From contig NC_057719.1 in the NCBI RefSeq assembly GCF_004010195.1, positions 15,265,364 to 15,285,363 of the forward strand: a DNA stretch of 20,000 bases. The letters run 5' to 3'. This stretch comes from Chiloscyllium plagiosum (taxonomy: Eukaryota). This document shows, piece by piece, positions 1-9,835 of the stretch. A model generated the notes under the pieces. It worked only from the letters and a program-made list of their open reading frames with translations, had not been told where the DNA came from and searched no databases. Positions within the stretch are counted from its first letter, which is position 1. The number at the start of each line of letters is the position of its first letter. The position numbers and the translations under genes were made by a program.

Positions 1-640
1 TCCTAAAGGTCAATTTGCACCGCGACAAACACATGTAAAGGATTGTAGTAGCTAACTGTACACTTAGAATCTTGAACATCTGAAGCAACTGTACACAAGA
101 TATTTAATACCAAGTGTATAAATATAGAAGAGTGAAAATGAACTGCAGTGATAGAAGACAGCTAACACAAAGGAACATGAGAAATAAACTGTAGATTGGT
201 CTCAATCAAACCAAACTTCTCTTTATATTTTAACCAAACGTACAAGATTTTCTTTCTTTAAATAGGCTTTTCATGTCCAATTTTATTTTGTAGTCCTGAG
301 GCAATGGGACAGACATAACTCAATTCAACCAAATGAAAATTTAAAATGACTCAGATGCTAATTTTTCTTCCCTTTTGCATCCAAATAAATTTTCTAGCCA
401 TCACTTGGCATCTCCTCAAAACAGCTTTCCTGACAGACCTGAAGACATGGGAGATTTGCCGTAACAGAAATCAGGAGCAGAATTCGAATCCAAGCGGTGC
501 TTGGCAGTGATCTGATACTGGGGTGTTTGCTCTTTAGCTGTCCAGTTCAAACTATTTTCCCAAATTTAACAGCATTTTTTTTCTCTCTGATACACAACAT
601 TTACATATCAGACAAGTACAGTCAAAGTTTCAGTCCTTAC

Positions 641-782
641 CAATGTTCTTATGTAAGAAACGAATAAATGTTGCTGCCATGATGTTTCTTTCTTTACAAC
701 TGAGTTCCACAGGAGGCTGTATCCCATCATCCACCACTAATGTGAGGAACTTGTGCACTGGATCTAGACTATGGTAGTAAAA
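641..782 (-). CDS. AREL1: AREL1 internal coding exon (last in window), 142 nt
   Basis: FYYHSLDPVHKFLTLVVDDGIQPPVELSCKERNIMAATFIRFLHKNI(G). Acceptor cttcag|TTT, donor ATTG|gtaagg. Phase 0 to 1. Confidence 0.96.
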
Positions 783-1360
783 CTGAAGATAAAAAGATAC
801 AATTTTATTTTCTCCCCCAATCAATTTCTCGTCTCAACTTCTCTGAACTCTATTGAGACTATCAACACCTGTGGAGATTCTACTTTCGGTTCTGTTTAAG
901 CAAACTGACAAGAAAATATCCTGCACTTACTCATGGAGGATCATTGACGATCGAAGCAGTCAATCTTCATTACTGTGTCTAGACAGTGGCAAACTATTTA
1001 TAAGTTGGAATGAAAGGTGTGGAGAATCAGAATCAAATTGGCTCAGTCTTCACTGGGTGCCTACATACTATAGCAAGCCAACAAAAACACACTGGACTGC
1101 AGTGAGGACCAATAATGTTAGTTAATTCTTCCTGTAGGTCTGTAACCAAAATTAATTGCAGAACTTTCCTGCAGCTTTGGTCAAGATTAGTTAACGCTTA
1201 GCAATTAAACATCAGATAGATCTTGTCAATAGAAATATATAACACACAAGGTATATTTAGCCCATTATGTTTCCTTTTGGTTGTACTGCAGAGTAATTAA
1301 ACACCAATTGAAAGTTGCTCCCTGTCCACCAAAATCTCATAATTGGAATAAAAGACCTAC

Positions 1361-1438
1361 CTTTGTTCCTGGACATACTCTGCAAGTAAAAAGTCTCCAG
1401 GGTATGATTTTCAGATAAAACTCCTTCACTGAGAATTG
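1361..1438 (-). CDS. AREL1: AREL1 internal coding exon, 78 nt (absent from the ORF track)
   Basis: QFSVKEFYLKIIPWRLFTCRVCPGTK. Acceptor tttgcag|CAA, donor AAG|gtaggt. Phase 0 to 0. Confidence 0.95.
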
Positions 1439-2339
1439 CTGCAAAACAAATATTCTTTTTACTGTTCAGTTTGCATCAGCTGCTGAGTATATTAATTTGA
1501 ATTTCTTTGGGTTTTAACTTTAAGCATGTTTCAGTAATAGGTAAAGGATGAGAATACCACAAGCTCTCAAATAATGTTTCTGCCTTCACTGGTATTCCAA
1601 AGCTCAATGGAATGTACTAGTAAGGGAAAAAGAGGTTGTGAAATAAGGGTTGCAGCAACAACTGCTGCAGCAATTAAAGGGCACAAGAGACAAATAACTT
1701 CAAATGGCCAGGGTTCCAGCTTCTGACTGTTGTGTATCACCCCTCGTGAATGCATGCACATCAAGGATCGAAGTAAAGATACATTCATATTCAGCCTCAA
1801 GGGCCTTGACAGTAAGCTAGGAACAAGAGACTAACCATAAATGGTCAGTAGGAGAGATCACTAGAGGGTAATTAACATGAATGTAACTACATTCTAACAA
1901 GGAACCATTTGTTTTCAAGGGAGGAAAAAAAAAGAGAAAATTGTCAAAAAATAATTAATAAAAAGAATGCTGCTCAGATTTTCAAATGAGCACATGTGCC
2001 TTGGCTGAAGATGGGCCTAAAAATCTGAACAAGTTGAAGGAAAAATTAACAAAACAGAAAGCCTGATCTTTACACCACTGGAGCACAACCTACCTAATAA
2101 CTTCTAGAAAAGCCACACATTAAGCACATGAAAACATTTTCACAACACTGAATAGTGAGTGTTTCAGTATGTATAACTGAAACATAATTCCATCCTCTTA
2201 TTTTGAGTTCCTCTGGTAATAAAGGGCACTGTCCCATTAGATTTCTTGATAATGCTACAAATGTAAAATTTCTAATTTGCAGATGAAACAAAGCTATATA
2301 AGAATTTTTATTCCAAGGAAAATGCAAAACATTTTCAAC

Positions 2340-3105
2340 AGGATTTGGGCAGGTTTTGTGATTGGATAAGAACACAGTAGATGGAATATAAATGTGCAAC
2401 AATGTGAGGTTATCCACTTTGGTAGGAAGAACAGATGTGCAGAGTATTTGTTAAATGGTGAGAAGTTGGAAACTGTAGATAATCAAAGCAACTACGGTGC
2501 TGTCGTGAGCCTTCAGTGACTTGCTGACATGTAGCAAGTTATTAGGAAGGCAAATGGAATATTAGCCTTTACCATTAAAGGTGGTAAAAAAATTGAGTAC
2601 ATGAGTCATGAATTCTTGCTTCAATTGTGTAAGAGCTTGGTTAGTCTGCAACTAGAGTAGAGTGCGCAGTTTTGGTCTCCATATCCCAGGGAAGGTATTA
2701 TAATTGCCATAGAGGGAGTGTAAAGAAGATTCACCAGATTTGTTCCTGGATGGCAGGATGGTCTTGAAAGAGGATGGGCAAACTAGGCTTGTATTCTCTA
2801 GAGTTTTGAAGAATAAGAGATGATCTCATTGAAATCTACAAAATACTGAACAGTATAGACCGGGTAGGTGCATGCAAGATGCTTCCCACAATTTTGGAGT
2901 CTAGATCCAAGAAGCACAATTCAAAATTAAGGCGGATGCTTCATAAGTCCGTGAATAAGAAAATTTCTTTTACTCAGTAGGGGGTGAAATCTTTGGAATT
3001 TTCTACCCACAGGAAGCTGTTAGGTTCAGTCTTTGAGTACATTTAAAGCAGAGTTAGATGAATACTTTGATCAATGGCATGAGGGTTATGAAGATAGTAT
3101 GGGAA
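2340..3105 (+). mobile_element. Decayed CR1-clade LINE fragment (ORF2 C-terminus and start of 3' UTR)
   Basis: aaatgtgaggttatccactttggtaggaagaac-like segment (CEVIHFGRKN), cagttttggtctccata (QFWSP), gatctcattgaaatctacaaaatactg (DLIEIYKIL); many stops and frameshifts. Confidence 0.85.
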
Positions 3106-3108
3106 AAA

Positions 3109-3178
3109 GCCTGGGTTCAAGTCCCACCTACTTCAGGGTTGTATTTTCACATCCCTGAATAGGTTGATTAAATAATAC
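3109..3178 (+). repeat. 5'-truncated copy of the short tRNA-like repeat clustered at 14.7-15.9 kb
   Basis: ctgggttcaagtcccacctac...catccctgaataggttgattaaataata matches the 3' two-thirds of the cluster unit, including the B box GGTTCAAGTCC. Confidence 0.75.
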
Positions 3179-3184
3179 CTTCAA

Positions 3185-3770
3185 GTAGGTTGAGCAAGGG
3201 GCAGAAATCTGCCACATTTCATTTTCCCACATTATACTCAAAGTTGTTCACTTTGGCAGGAAGAATAATAAAACAGAAGATTATTTAAAATGAGAATGAA
3301 TTTAAAATTTCAAGGTGCAGAGAAATCTAGGTGCTTTAGTGCATGAGTCACAGAATGTTCGGATAGGCTTGCAACAAAAAAATTGTAAGGCTAGTGGAAT
3401 TCCATCCTTTGCTATTTGAAAAATTGAGCCAAAAAGTAAGGGGGTTACGTTTTAGTTAAGCAGGGCATTGTTGACAGCACATCTTGAATACCCATGCAAT
3501 TTGGATATGCTTCTCGAAAGGACGACGCAAACACTTTGGAGGTGATTCAGAGGTGTTTACTAGATTGATATTTTGGATGAGTGGGATGTCTTACATGGAA
3601 ACGTGGGACAGGCTGGGCTTGTTTCAACTGGATTTTGAAAGAATGACTGATGACTTAATTGAAATGGATGAGATCCTAAACTGTCTTAACAAGATAGATT
3701 GGGAAAGGATGCTTCCTCTTGAGAGTGAGTGAGTCAAAAATTAGAGGGCACCATTTAAAAATTAAGTGTC
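3185..3770 (+). mobile_element. Second decayed CR1-clade LINE fragment
   Basis: gttgttcactttggcaggaagaat (VVHFGRKN); ORF 3484-3732 contains MSYMETWDRLGLFQLDFERMTDDLIEMDEIL, a degenerate CR1 'LSYEERLxRLGLFSLExRRxRGDLIExYKI' motif. Confidence 0.85.
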
Positions 3771-3884
3771 TCCTGATTCACCCTGTAATATTTCCTTCAC
3801 TCTCAATCATCGAAGAAAATAGCATCCATGTACCATCATTGATTCACAAGATCCTAAGTGGGAAGCATCCTTGCAGTGGCATTG

Positions 3885-4096
3885 GAAAAGCACAGCAGGT
3901 GAGGCAGCATCTGAGAAGCAGGAAAATTGACGTTTCAGGCAGGAGCCCTTCATCAGGGATGAGCTCATTCCTGATGAAGGGGTCCTGCCCAAAACGTGAT
4001 TTTCCTGCTCCTCGGATGCTGCCTGATTTGCTGTGCTTTTCCAGCACCACTCTAATCGTGACTCTGATCTCCAGTATCTGCAGTCCTCACCTTCGT
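3885..4096. mobile_element. Short palindromic non-autonomous retroelement (Penelope-like inverted terminal repeat), flanked by a 15-bp target-site duplication
   Basis: Direct repeat cttgcagtggcattg at 3870-3884 and 4097-4111. Inverted repeat 3883-4043 centred on ATGAG|CTCAT (3959-3968). A CTGATGA...(G/A)AAACGT motif lies in each arm. The Penelope assignment is inferred from this architecture. Confidence 0.75.
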
Positions 4097-4270
4097 CTTG
4101 CAGTGGCATTGTTGATCATCTTTCACAGGCACTCAAAAAAATCTTTTTAAAAAAATGAATATTCTCGTCTAGCTTACAGTCCATTGACAGTACACTGCCA
4201 CCAAAGGCTTTGCATGGGCCACTGAGGGATAAAAAGAAGAATAACCCACCCTCCAGAGGTTGCTGTGAGG

Positions 4271-4586
4271 TAGATTAGATTAGATTAATTACAGTGTGGA
4301 AACAGGGCCTTCGGCCCAACAAGTCCACACCGCCCCGCCGAAGCACAACCCACCCATACCCCTACATTTACCCCTTGCCTAACACTACGGGCAATTTAGC
4401 ATGGCCAATTCACCTGACTTGCACATCTTTGGACTGTGAGAGGAAACCGGAGCACCCGGAGGAAACCCACGCAGACACGGGGAGAACGTGCAAACTCCAC
4501 ACAGTCAGTCGCCTGAGGCGGGAATTGAACCCGGGTCTCTGGCGCTGTGAGGCAGCAGTGCTAACCACTGTGCCACCGTGCCGCCC
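4271..4586 (-). mobile_element. Full-length HE1-type (V-SINE) tRNA-derived SINE of sharks and rays
   Basis: Minus strand begins gggcggcacggtggcacagtggttagcactgctgcctcacagcgcc. A box TGGCACAGTGG (4575-4565), B box GGTTCAATTCC (4531-4521), V-domain tgtgtggagtttgcacgttctccccgtgtctgcgtgggtttcctccgggtgctccggtttcctc, tail cctgtttccacactgt followed by (aatct)n. Confidence 0.92.
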
Positions 4587-4596
4587 ACCAGGGAAT

Positions 4597-4775
4597 TTTG
4601 TTTTTTTAAATATTTATTCATGGGGTAAGAGTGTCACTGGCTAAGCAGCATTTACTGCCTATCCATGATTGCCCAGGAGGCAGTAAAGACTCAATCACAA
4701 TACTGTGGGTCTGGAGTCACCGTAGATCAGACCAGGTAGTTCCCTTTCCTAAAGGACATTTGTAAACCAAATAAT
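4597..4775 (-). mobile_element. 3' half of the SINE family seen at 13411-13756, in inverted orientation
   Basis: Its reverse complement (...gtgactccagacccacagtattgtgattgagtc...gggcaatcatggataggcagtaaatgctgcttagccagtgacac...ccccatgaataaata) aligns by eye to 13575-13756. Confidence 0.8.
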
Positions 4776-5055
4776 TTGCTGGTAGTCTACACTTACTAGC
4801 AGGCTCGAGATGGCCGGAAAGAATCACTAGCTGGCCAACTCAATGGTTAAACCGCGCTTCCTATGGGAGCACATGTCTCACCTTTCCTGCCACTGGCAGA
4901 ACTGCACGGTAACAGAAAAAAATGTCAGACATCCATTTTTGATGCCTTCCTTCCTGCCATCCCACACTAAAGGGCTGGTAATGTTCATCCTTTTGTGTTT
5001 TTATTGTAATATTAACTTTCAAGACATTATTTCAATGTCATAGGCCCTTTCTTAC

Positions 5056-5309
5056 CTTTGGTGATATGTAACAATAGACCTTCTTGGGTTTTTTCACTTT
5101 TTCAGCCGTCTGACTTTCCTGATCCAAATCTTTCTCATCATCTTCTTCATCTGTATTGGTTGATGGGTGCCGACCCATGCTCGACGGTGGTATTGGTGGT
5201 AATTGCCACTGAGAATTAGCATAATTTGCAGTGTTATACAAGTATGCTTCAAAACAAACACTGGTTCCTGGAGTTGAGACGTTCTTTTCTACCGTGTTCT
5301 TTTCATTTT
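5056..5309 (-). CDS. AREL1: AREL1 internal coding exon, 254 nt (Pro/acidic low-complexity linker)
   Basis: (E)NEKNTVEKNVSTPGTSVCFEAYLYNTANYANSQWQLPPIPPSSMGRHPSTNTDEEDDEKDLDQESQTAEKVKKPKKVYCYISPK. Acceptor ttaatag|AA, donor AAG|gtaaga. Phase 1 to 0. Confidence 0.95.
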
Positions 5310-5704
5310 CTATTAAGGCAAATAGTGAATACACACAATTATTTCCACTCAGAACCCATTCAGTCAGAAGCTCAGGTCACACTTTATGTCAATCACTGCA
5401 ATCCCAAACACAGTCTCTCTCAGAGGTCTTTTTAGGAAACTTGCAACAAGGAATGATGGAATTCAAGTCTATTTATATGATTTCTCCAGACAGTGAACTC
5501 CTACTTTCAATGCACAGTTATAGTGGATGCTGGTTCCAACAGGAAGACTTGAACAAAACTAAAACTTGAAATCTCAACACAGTTCCCTTCTTAAATCCAG
5601 TCAGCATGCCAATTTTCAAAAAGTATTAATGTCTGATACTGAAATGCTGTTCTGACAGGCTGGCCTGAGGTTTAATTACAGCAATAATAAGCATTTGCAT
5701 AACA

Positions 5705-6561
5705 AAATTGACAGAACCCTTCATTTTTAAAAAAAATCATTTTTGGTTGAAACTATGAGCTAAGAGTTGAAGGTAACCTTTGGACTGTGAGCAGTAGTTT
5801 TTTTTTAGAACAGAGAAACTGACAATTGTTTATAGGACCTGGCCTGGAAGGTAATTGCAGGTTGATTCTTACATAAAGAACACTGTAGACCTTTCAGCTG
5901 TGGAGATGCATTGTGCTCCCATGTTGCCAAATGTTTGGATGTTAACAGGGAGGCCCTTGCTAACCACTCCTAAACAAAAGACTATTAGAAAAACTCAAAG
6001 TTATAAACTATGCTTTTGTCAGATGAATTATAGCTGCAAAAGCTACAGGATTGGGGTTTGATTGATCCCTGCTTATCCACCCATTATCAACATATTGAAA
6101 ATTTGGAAAATAGAATACCAGTTACAAGAATTAAGTGAAATATTCCTCAGTGCCCTCTGGAAGCTATTTGCAATGATGTGTACACTCAGAAAGCAAGCAA
6201 GATACAATCCTATGTGCCGATGACAACATTGAAACTGCTTAAGTGAACTGGCCAGTTACATCTCTCATTTTTCGTCTGGTTTATTCCTTAACTGTGCCTG
6301 TCTGTCTGAGAGTGGAAAGCTAGAATCAAAAGGAGATCGGGTTTAAGTCATAGACATCAATTAGTTTACCTTTGCTCAGCTAAAGGTATTGAATTAGTAA
6401 TACATTATTAATTGTTTTGTTTAAGTTATACACTTGTTGGTTGATATTGGTTATTCAAAAGGTCTGACTAAAAAATGCTGTGGCAATTTGGAGGGTTGGC
6501 TTTTATTGTATTGTGAATACAGGGATGGGAGCTCATTTCATTGTTTATCTGTGTCATAACA
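5705..6561. mobile_element. Possible degraded solo LTR or unclassified insertion splitting an L2 tail
   Basis: Ends in ...tgtgtcataaca, an LTR-like CA terminus. L2-tail-like sequence appears on both sides (gcaataataagcatttgcataac at about 5681-5703; cttcataggtgcatgatcaaacaaaattggatacc from about 6577). Left boundary and TSD not identified. Confidence 0.3.
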
Positions 6562-6736
6562 CAATGCCCTCAGATTCTTCATAGGTGCATGATCAAACAA
6601 AATTGGATACCAAAGCTGGAGACAATAGGATGAATAGCTAGGTCACAGAGGGAAGGAGCATCTTAAAAGAAAAAGATGAGTTGAAGCAAAGATTTACAAG
6701 AAAATTCCAGGAAATCAGAACCTTTGCAAATGAAGG
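6562..6736 (-). mobile_element. L2-clade LINE 3' end fragment
   Basis: Resembles the recalled antisense L2 3' consensus (aggagc(g/a)tcttaaa...aattccag...tgaagg); highly decayed. Confidence 0.5.
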
Positions 6737-7750
6737 AACATAGGAACAGGAACAAGTCATATGGCCCCTCAAGGCAATTTGTCATTCAAATCAGATCGTT
6801 GCTGATCTGTAACCTTAATCTCTATAGCTTGTCTTTGACCAATATCACTTAAAATCCCTGTTTAACAAACATTTGTCAATCTTAGACAATCTTAGATTTA
6901 AAATTAATTTGTGCATTATCAAAGGCAAATCATGCACAAATCAATTCTACACTTCTTCTCTTTGCAAGCATTAATGTACTTTAATTTCATTCCTCCAATT
7001 TTTAGACCATGGCCCTCTTAGAGACTGCCAATAGCAGAAATACTTGGTCCCTCTCTATCCTAACTATCCCCCTTCTACCACAAAAAAATTTTCAAAAGAT
7101 TCTGCAACGTTCTAAATTCTAAAAACTGAATCCTAGTTTTTTACAACATGGACTTGAAATCTAATCCTTGACTAGGTGTAATTCAAATAAGCCTACAGAA
7201 CATTCCTTCCAAACCCAATTTTGCTCTTTCAAGATTGGTACTGAGAACTGCTCACAATGGTCTTCCATAACCTCTACCCTCTCATATTCTGTCCACTGGT
7301 TAAAAGGCCAGCACTCCAATGAACTTGCTAATTTGTTTCTGCATCTGCACATGACATTTTGTGATCAACATACAAGAGCCCGAAGTCTGTTTGGTGTTCC
7401 TCGCTTTTCATCATTTAGAAATACCCTGTTCTATCATGGGTAAATACAGGGGAATGGGTCTGGGTGGGTTACTCTCCGGAGGGTCGGGCTTGTTGGGCTG
7501 AAGGGCCTGTTTCCACACAGGAGGGAATTTAATCTAATATTTAAGGGCCCAAAACAGATCCTTGAGGAATTGCATCCTACCAATTAATGACCCTGCTCAT
7601 TATCTTTAATCGCAATTTCATTCACTCAGCCATTGTATAAATCCAGTGAATAAATTTACCTTCAGTTCAACAAGTTTCAGTTTTATTTCACAGCCTAGCG
7701 AGGCTTTTAACAAATGCCTTCTCAATGTCTGTATAAGTAACATCCATAGA
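6737..7750 (-). mobile_element. Decayed CR1 LINE (3' UTR plus ORF2 remnants), interrupted by an HE1/HER1 tail
   Basis: Starts with the antisense tail acataggaacaggaacaagtcatatggcccctcaag; ORF 7161-7352 contains HCEQFSVP (degenerate YCxQFWSP); aagggcccaaaacagatccttgaggaat is the antisense of a PQGSVLGP motif. Confidence 0.75.
7436..7538 (+). mobile_element. 5'-truncated HE1 SINE / HER1 LINE 3' tail
   Basis: gggtaaatacaggggaatgggtctgggtgggttactctccggagggtcgggcttgttgggctgaagggcctgtttccacac...aatctaat matches the tail of the 4271-4586 element. Confidence 0.85.
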
Positions 7751-7824
7751 CCTGGACAGCATTTCATTAATTGAGGCACAGTTGCCAGTGTGGATAAATG
7801 TGAACCAAATCGATTAATACCTTA

Positions 7825-8245
7825 AATGAATGAGTTGCTTTGAGGAAAGGTTGGACAGGATAGACTTGTAGCTGCTGGCATTTAGAAGAGTAAGTTGAGA
7901 CTTAATTGAAGATGCAGAAAGATCTGCGTTGGGTGCATGTGGAAAGGATATTTCCTCTTATAGGAGAATCTAGAATTAAGTTCACTGGTGCCAGTCAATA
8001 ATCACTTTGTCTAAAAACAGAGATAAGGAATTTTTCTCAAAGTTGAATGTCTTCACAACTCTCACTCTCTCAAAAGACAGTGCAAGCAGTGTCCTTGAAT
8101 ATTTGTAAGGCAAAAGTAGATAGACTTCTTAATAAGCAAGAGATGAAAAGTTATCAGAGGAACGTGAAGTTATCAGATCAGTAATGATCTTATTGAATGA
8201 CAGAACAGGCTCAAGTGATTTACTCCCAATTCTAATTTATAAGCA
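7825..8245 (+). mobile_element. Decayed CR1 LINE 3' fragment
   Basis: tttgaggaaaggttggacaggatagacttgt (FEERLDRIDL), gacttaattgaag, and a 3' UTR-like atcagatcagtaatgatcttattgaatgacagaacaggctcaag. Confidence 0.8.
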
Positions 8246-8249
8246 TTTT

Positions 8250-8590
8250 TGAGGCAATATAGGACAGGACCAGATTATGACTTGATAGATTGAGAATAGA
8301 ACCAGCTGAAAGGAATCCTACCTTCTGCATGATAGAGAAGAAGTGCTAGAGGAAGATGAGGAGATTGGTCCTCTCAAAAGTGTCAGGCAAATCATGTAGT
8401 ATGACACAGTGATCACACAGTATGATCATTGTTACACTGGATTCCAATTGTGATGTTGATTCGGGCAGTACCTCTATAGAGAAGTAAAGCTTAAACTCAG
8501 CATTGCAAGAAAAAGAATAGAGATTTGGGAAATGAGCAGATCTCAAAAAGAAAGGAAGGTTGGAAATGGGGCAGTAGTTTACAAGGTCAA
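8250..8590 (-). mobile_element. Decayed L2-clade LINE reverse transcriptase fragment
   Basis: The reverse complement of gaaaggaaggttggaaatggggcagtagttt (about 8550-8580) encodes NYCPISNLPF, a variant of the L2 RT motif NYRPISNLPF. The rest of the interval is assigned tentatively. Confidence 0.55.
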
Positions 8591-8645
8591 ATAAAAGACA
8601 TACTGTTAACCAGATTACAAAATTTTAGCTTGAAACTCTACTCAC

Positions 8646-8826
8646 CACTGAGAACAATGATGTCAAACACCCCATTACCAATCAATTGGTCCCAGTAGGT
8701 AACAGATGCTCGAAAACAACCTTTTCTCCACAATGTCAAGTTCAGAAGCACTAGGCACTTTGACTTATTCAAGGAAATGGTTTTATGAAACAAAACATCT
8801 GACATTTCATTTTCAGGGCCACCAAG
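8646..8826 (-). CDS. AREL1: AREL1 internal coding exon, 181 nt (absent from the ORF track)
   Basis: Manual translation LGGPENEMSDVLFHKTISLNKSKCLVLLNLTLWRKGCFRASVTYWDQLIGNGVFDIIVLS(E), compare recalled AREL1 ...LTLHSRGCFHACISYQNQPINNGEFDIIVLSE. Acceptor tttcag|CTT, donor AGTG|gtgagt. Phase 0 to 1. Confidence 0.93.
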
Positions 8827-9718
8827 CTGAAATCCAAGCGAAGGATAGAGTACTCAGTTACAAATTAAAAAGAGGCAAGTTGAGCTATTTAAAAGGTTGT
8901 TTTCACAATATTAGCGCAAATATTCAAAAATACACAGACTCAGGTGGCACAATGCATGCAACATTATGTATTGGATACAATTACAACCATGATCTGCTAC
9001 ATTGCTGACATAATTGATTTCAGCTGCGTTGCTATGGGCAATGCAGAGTGGGAGCCAGTCTCTTCCCAAAGGGAGAGAAGATAAATGGAAGGAGAGTTAC
9101 TATGCTAATGTTGCACATCTCATGTTTATTGTATAACAAAATCAGTGCAGTCCCCAGATGTTCACTTCTCTTTAAGCAAGTACAGGGAATGGAAAAGCAT
9201 GGATACAATTCAACTATCTAAAACAAATAAATTCATAGTTTTGAAACTCAAATAAAAGGCCCACTATTGACATGAATAAATTCTTACATTTAAAGATGTT
9301 ACTATTTCAAGCTACAAGTGCCTTCACATTTTCTTCCCTTATTTCTACTTTCCTTGAACCTTGTATTCCTGAGCAAGGATTATTTATTCAAGACTTCTGC
9401 CAAAAAAGAAAGCAAGAGCAGCTTAAGGTCTAATGCAGTTTTAACGTTATCTCCTTTTATGTCAAAGACCTAATCTCCAAAGACTTGAATTTTCAACAGT
9501 TAGCTTGAACCTCTATCTTGTAACCTTGATACAGAACAATGGCAACACAATATGCCCAGCCTGTCACCTGGAAGTTTGCAATTTCTTAAATGTTTAACAT
9601 TCTGCACATCCAATCAGGAATTAAGAAGCATCACCTGTCAATGTGTGCATATGGGGATATCACTAGTTGGGACATCTCATCCAATATTTTTAAACAAACA
9701 CGGGAAACATTCACAAAA

Positions 9719-9835
9719 GTTCTGAAGAATCATACCAGACTCAAAACATTGACTCTGTTTCTCTCTTCACAGATGCTGCCCAACCAGCAGAGTTTCTCTA
9801 GCATTCTGTGTTTCCAATTTCCAACGTTTTGCATT
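9719..9835 (+). repeat. Single-arm relative of the 3885-4096 element with a degenerate hammerhead-like motif
   Basis: gtt-CTGAAGA-atcataccagactc-AAAA-catt-gac followed by cagatgctgcccaaccagcagagtttctctagca, similar to ggatgctgcctgatttgctgtgcttttccagca at about 4014-4046. Confidence 0.6.

Noticed and set aside
1..640. Next AREL1 exon encoding a GSETFQDKV...-like peptide
   Set aside because: Not detected in this interval; treated as intron.
3484..3732. 82-aa ORF as an independent gene
   Set aside because: A degenerate CR1 ORF2 remnant within a decayed LINE.
3719..4150. Overlapping ORFs on both strands (143, 100 and 68 aa) with similar peptides such as GRSPSSGMSS and GRTPSSGMSS
   Set aside because: An artefact of the palindromic insert, which reads alike on both strands; no protein motif or splice support.
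4261..4270. gctgtgagg next to the HE1 tail, identical to an internal HE1 9-mer (about 4544-4552), as a possible TSD
   Set aside because: The match is inside the element, not at its other flank; a 9-bp match is compatible with chance.
4294..4644. 116-aa ORF on the + strand
   Set aside because: Antisense reading of the GC-rich HE1 SINE.
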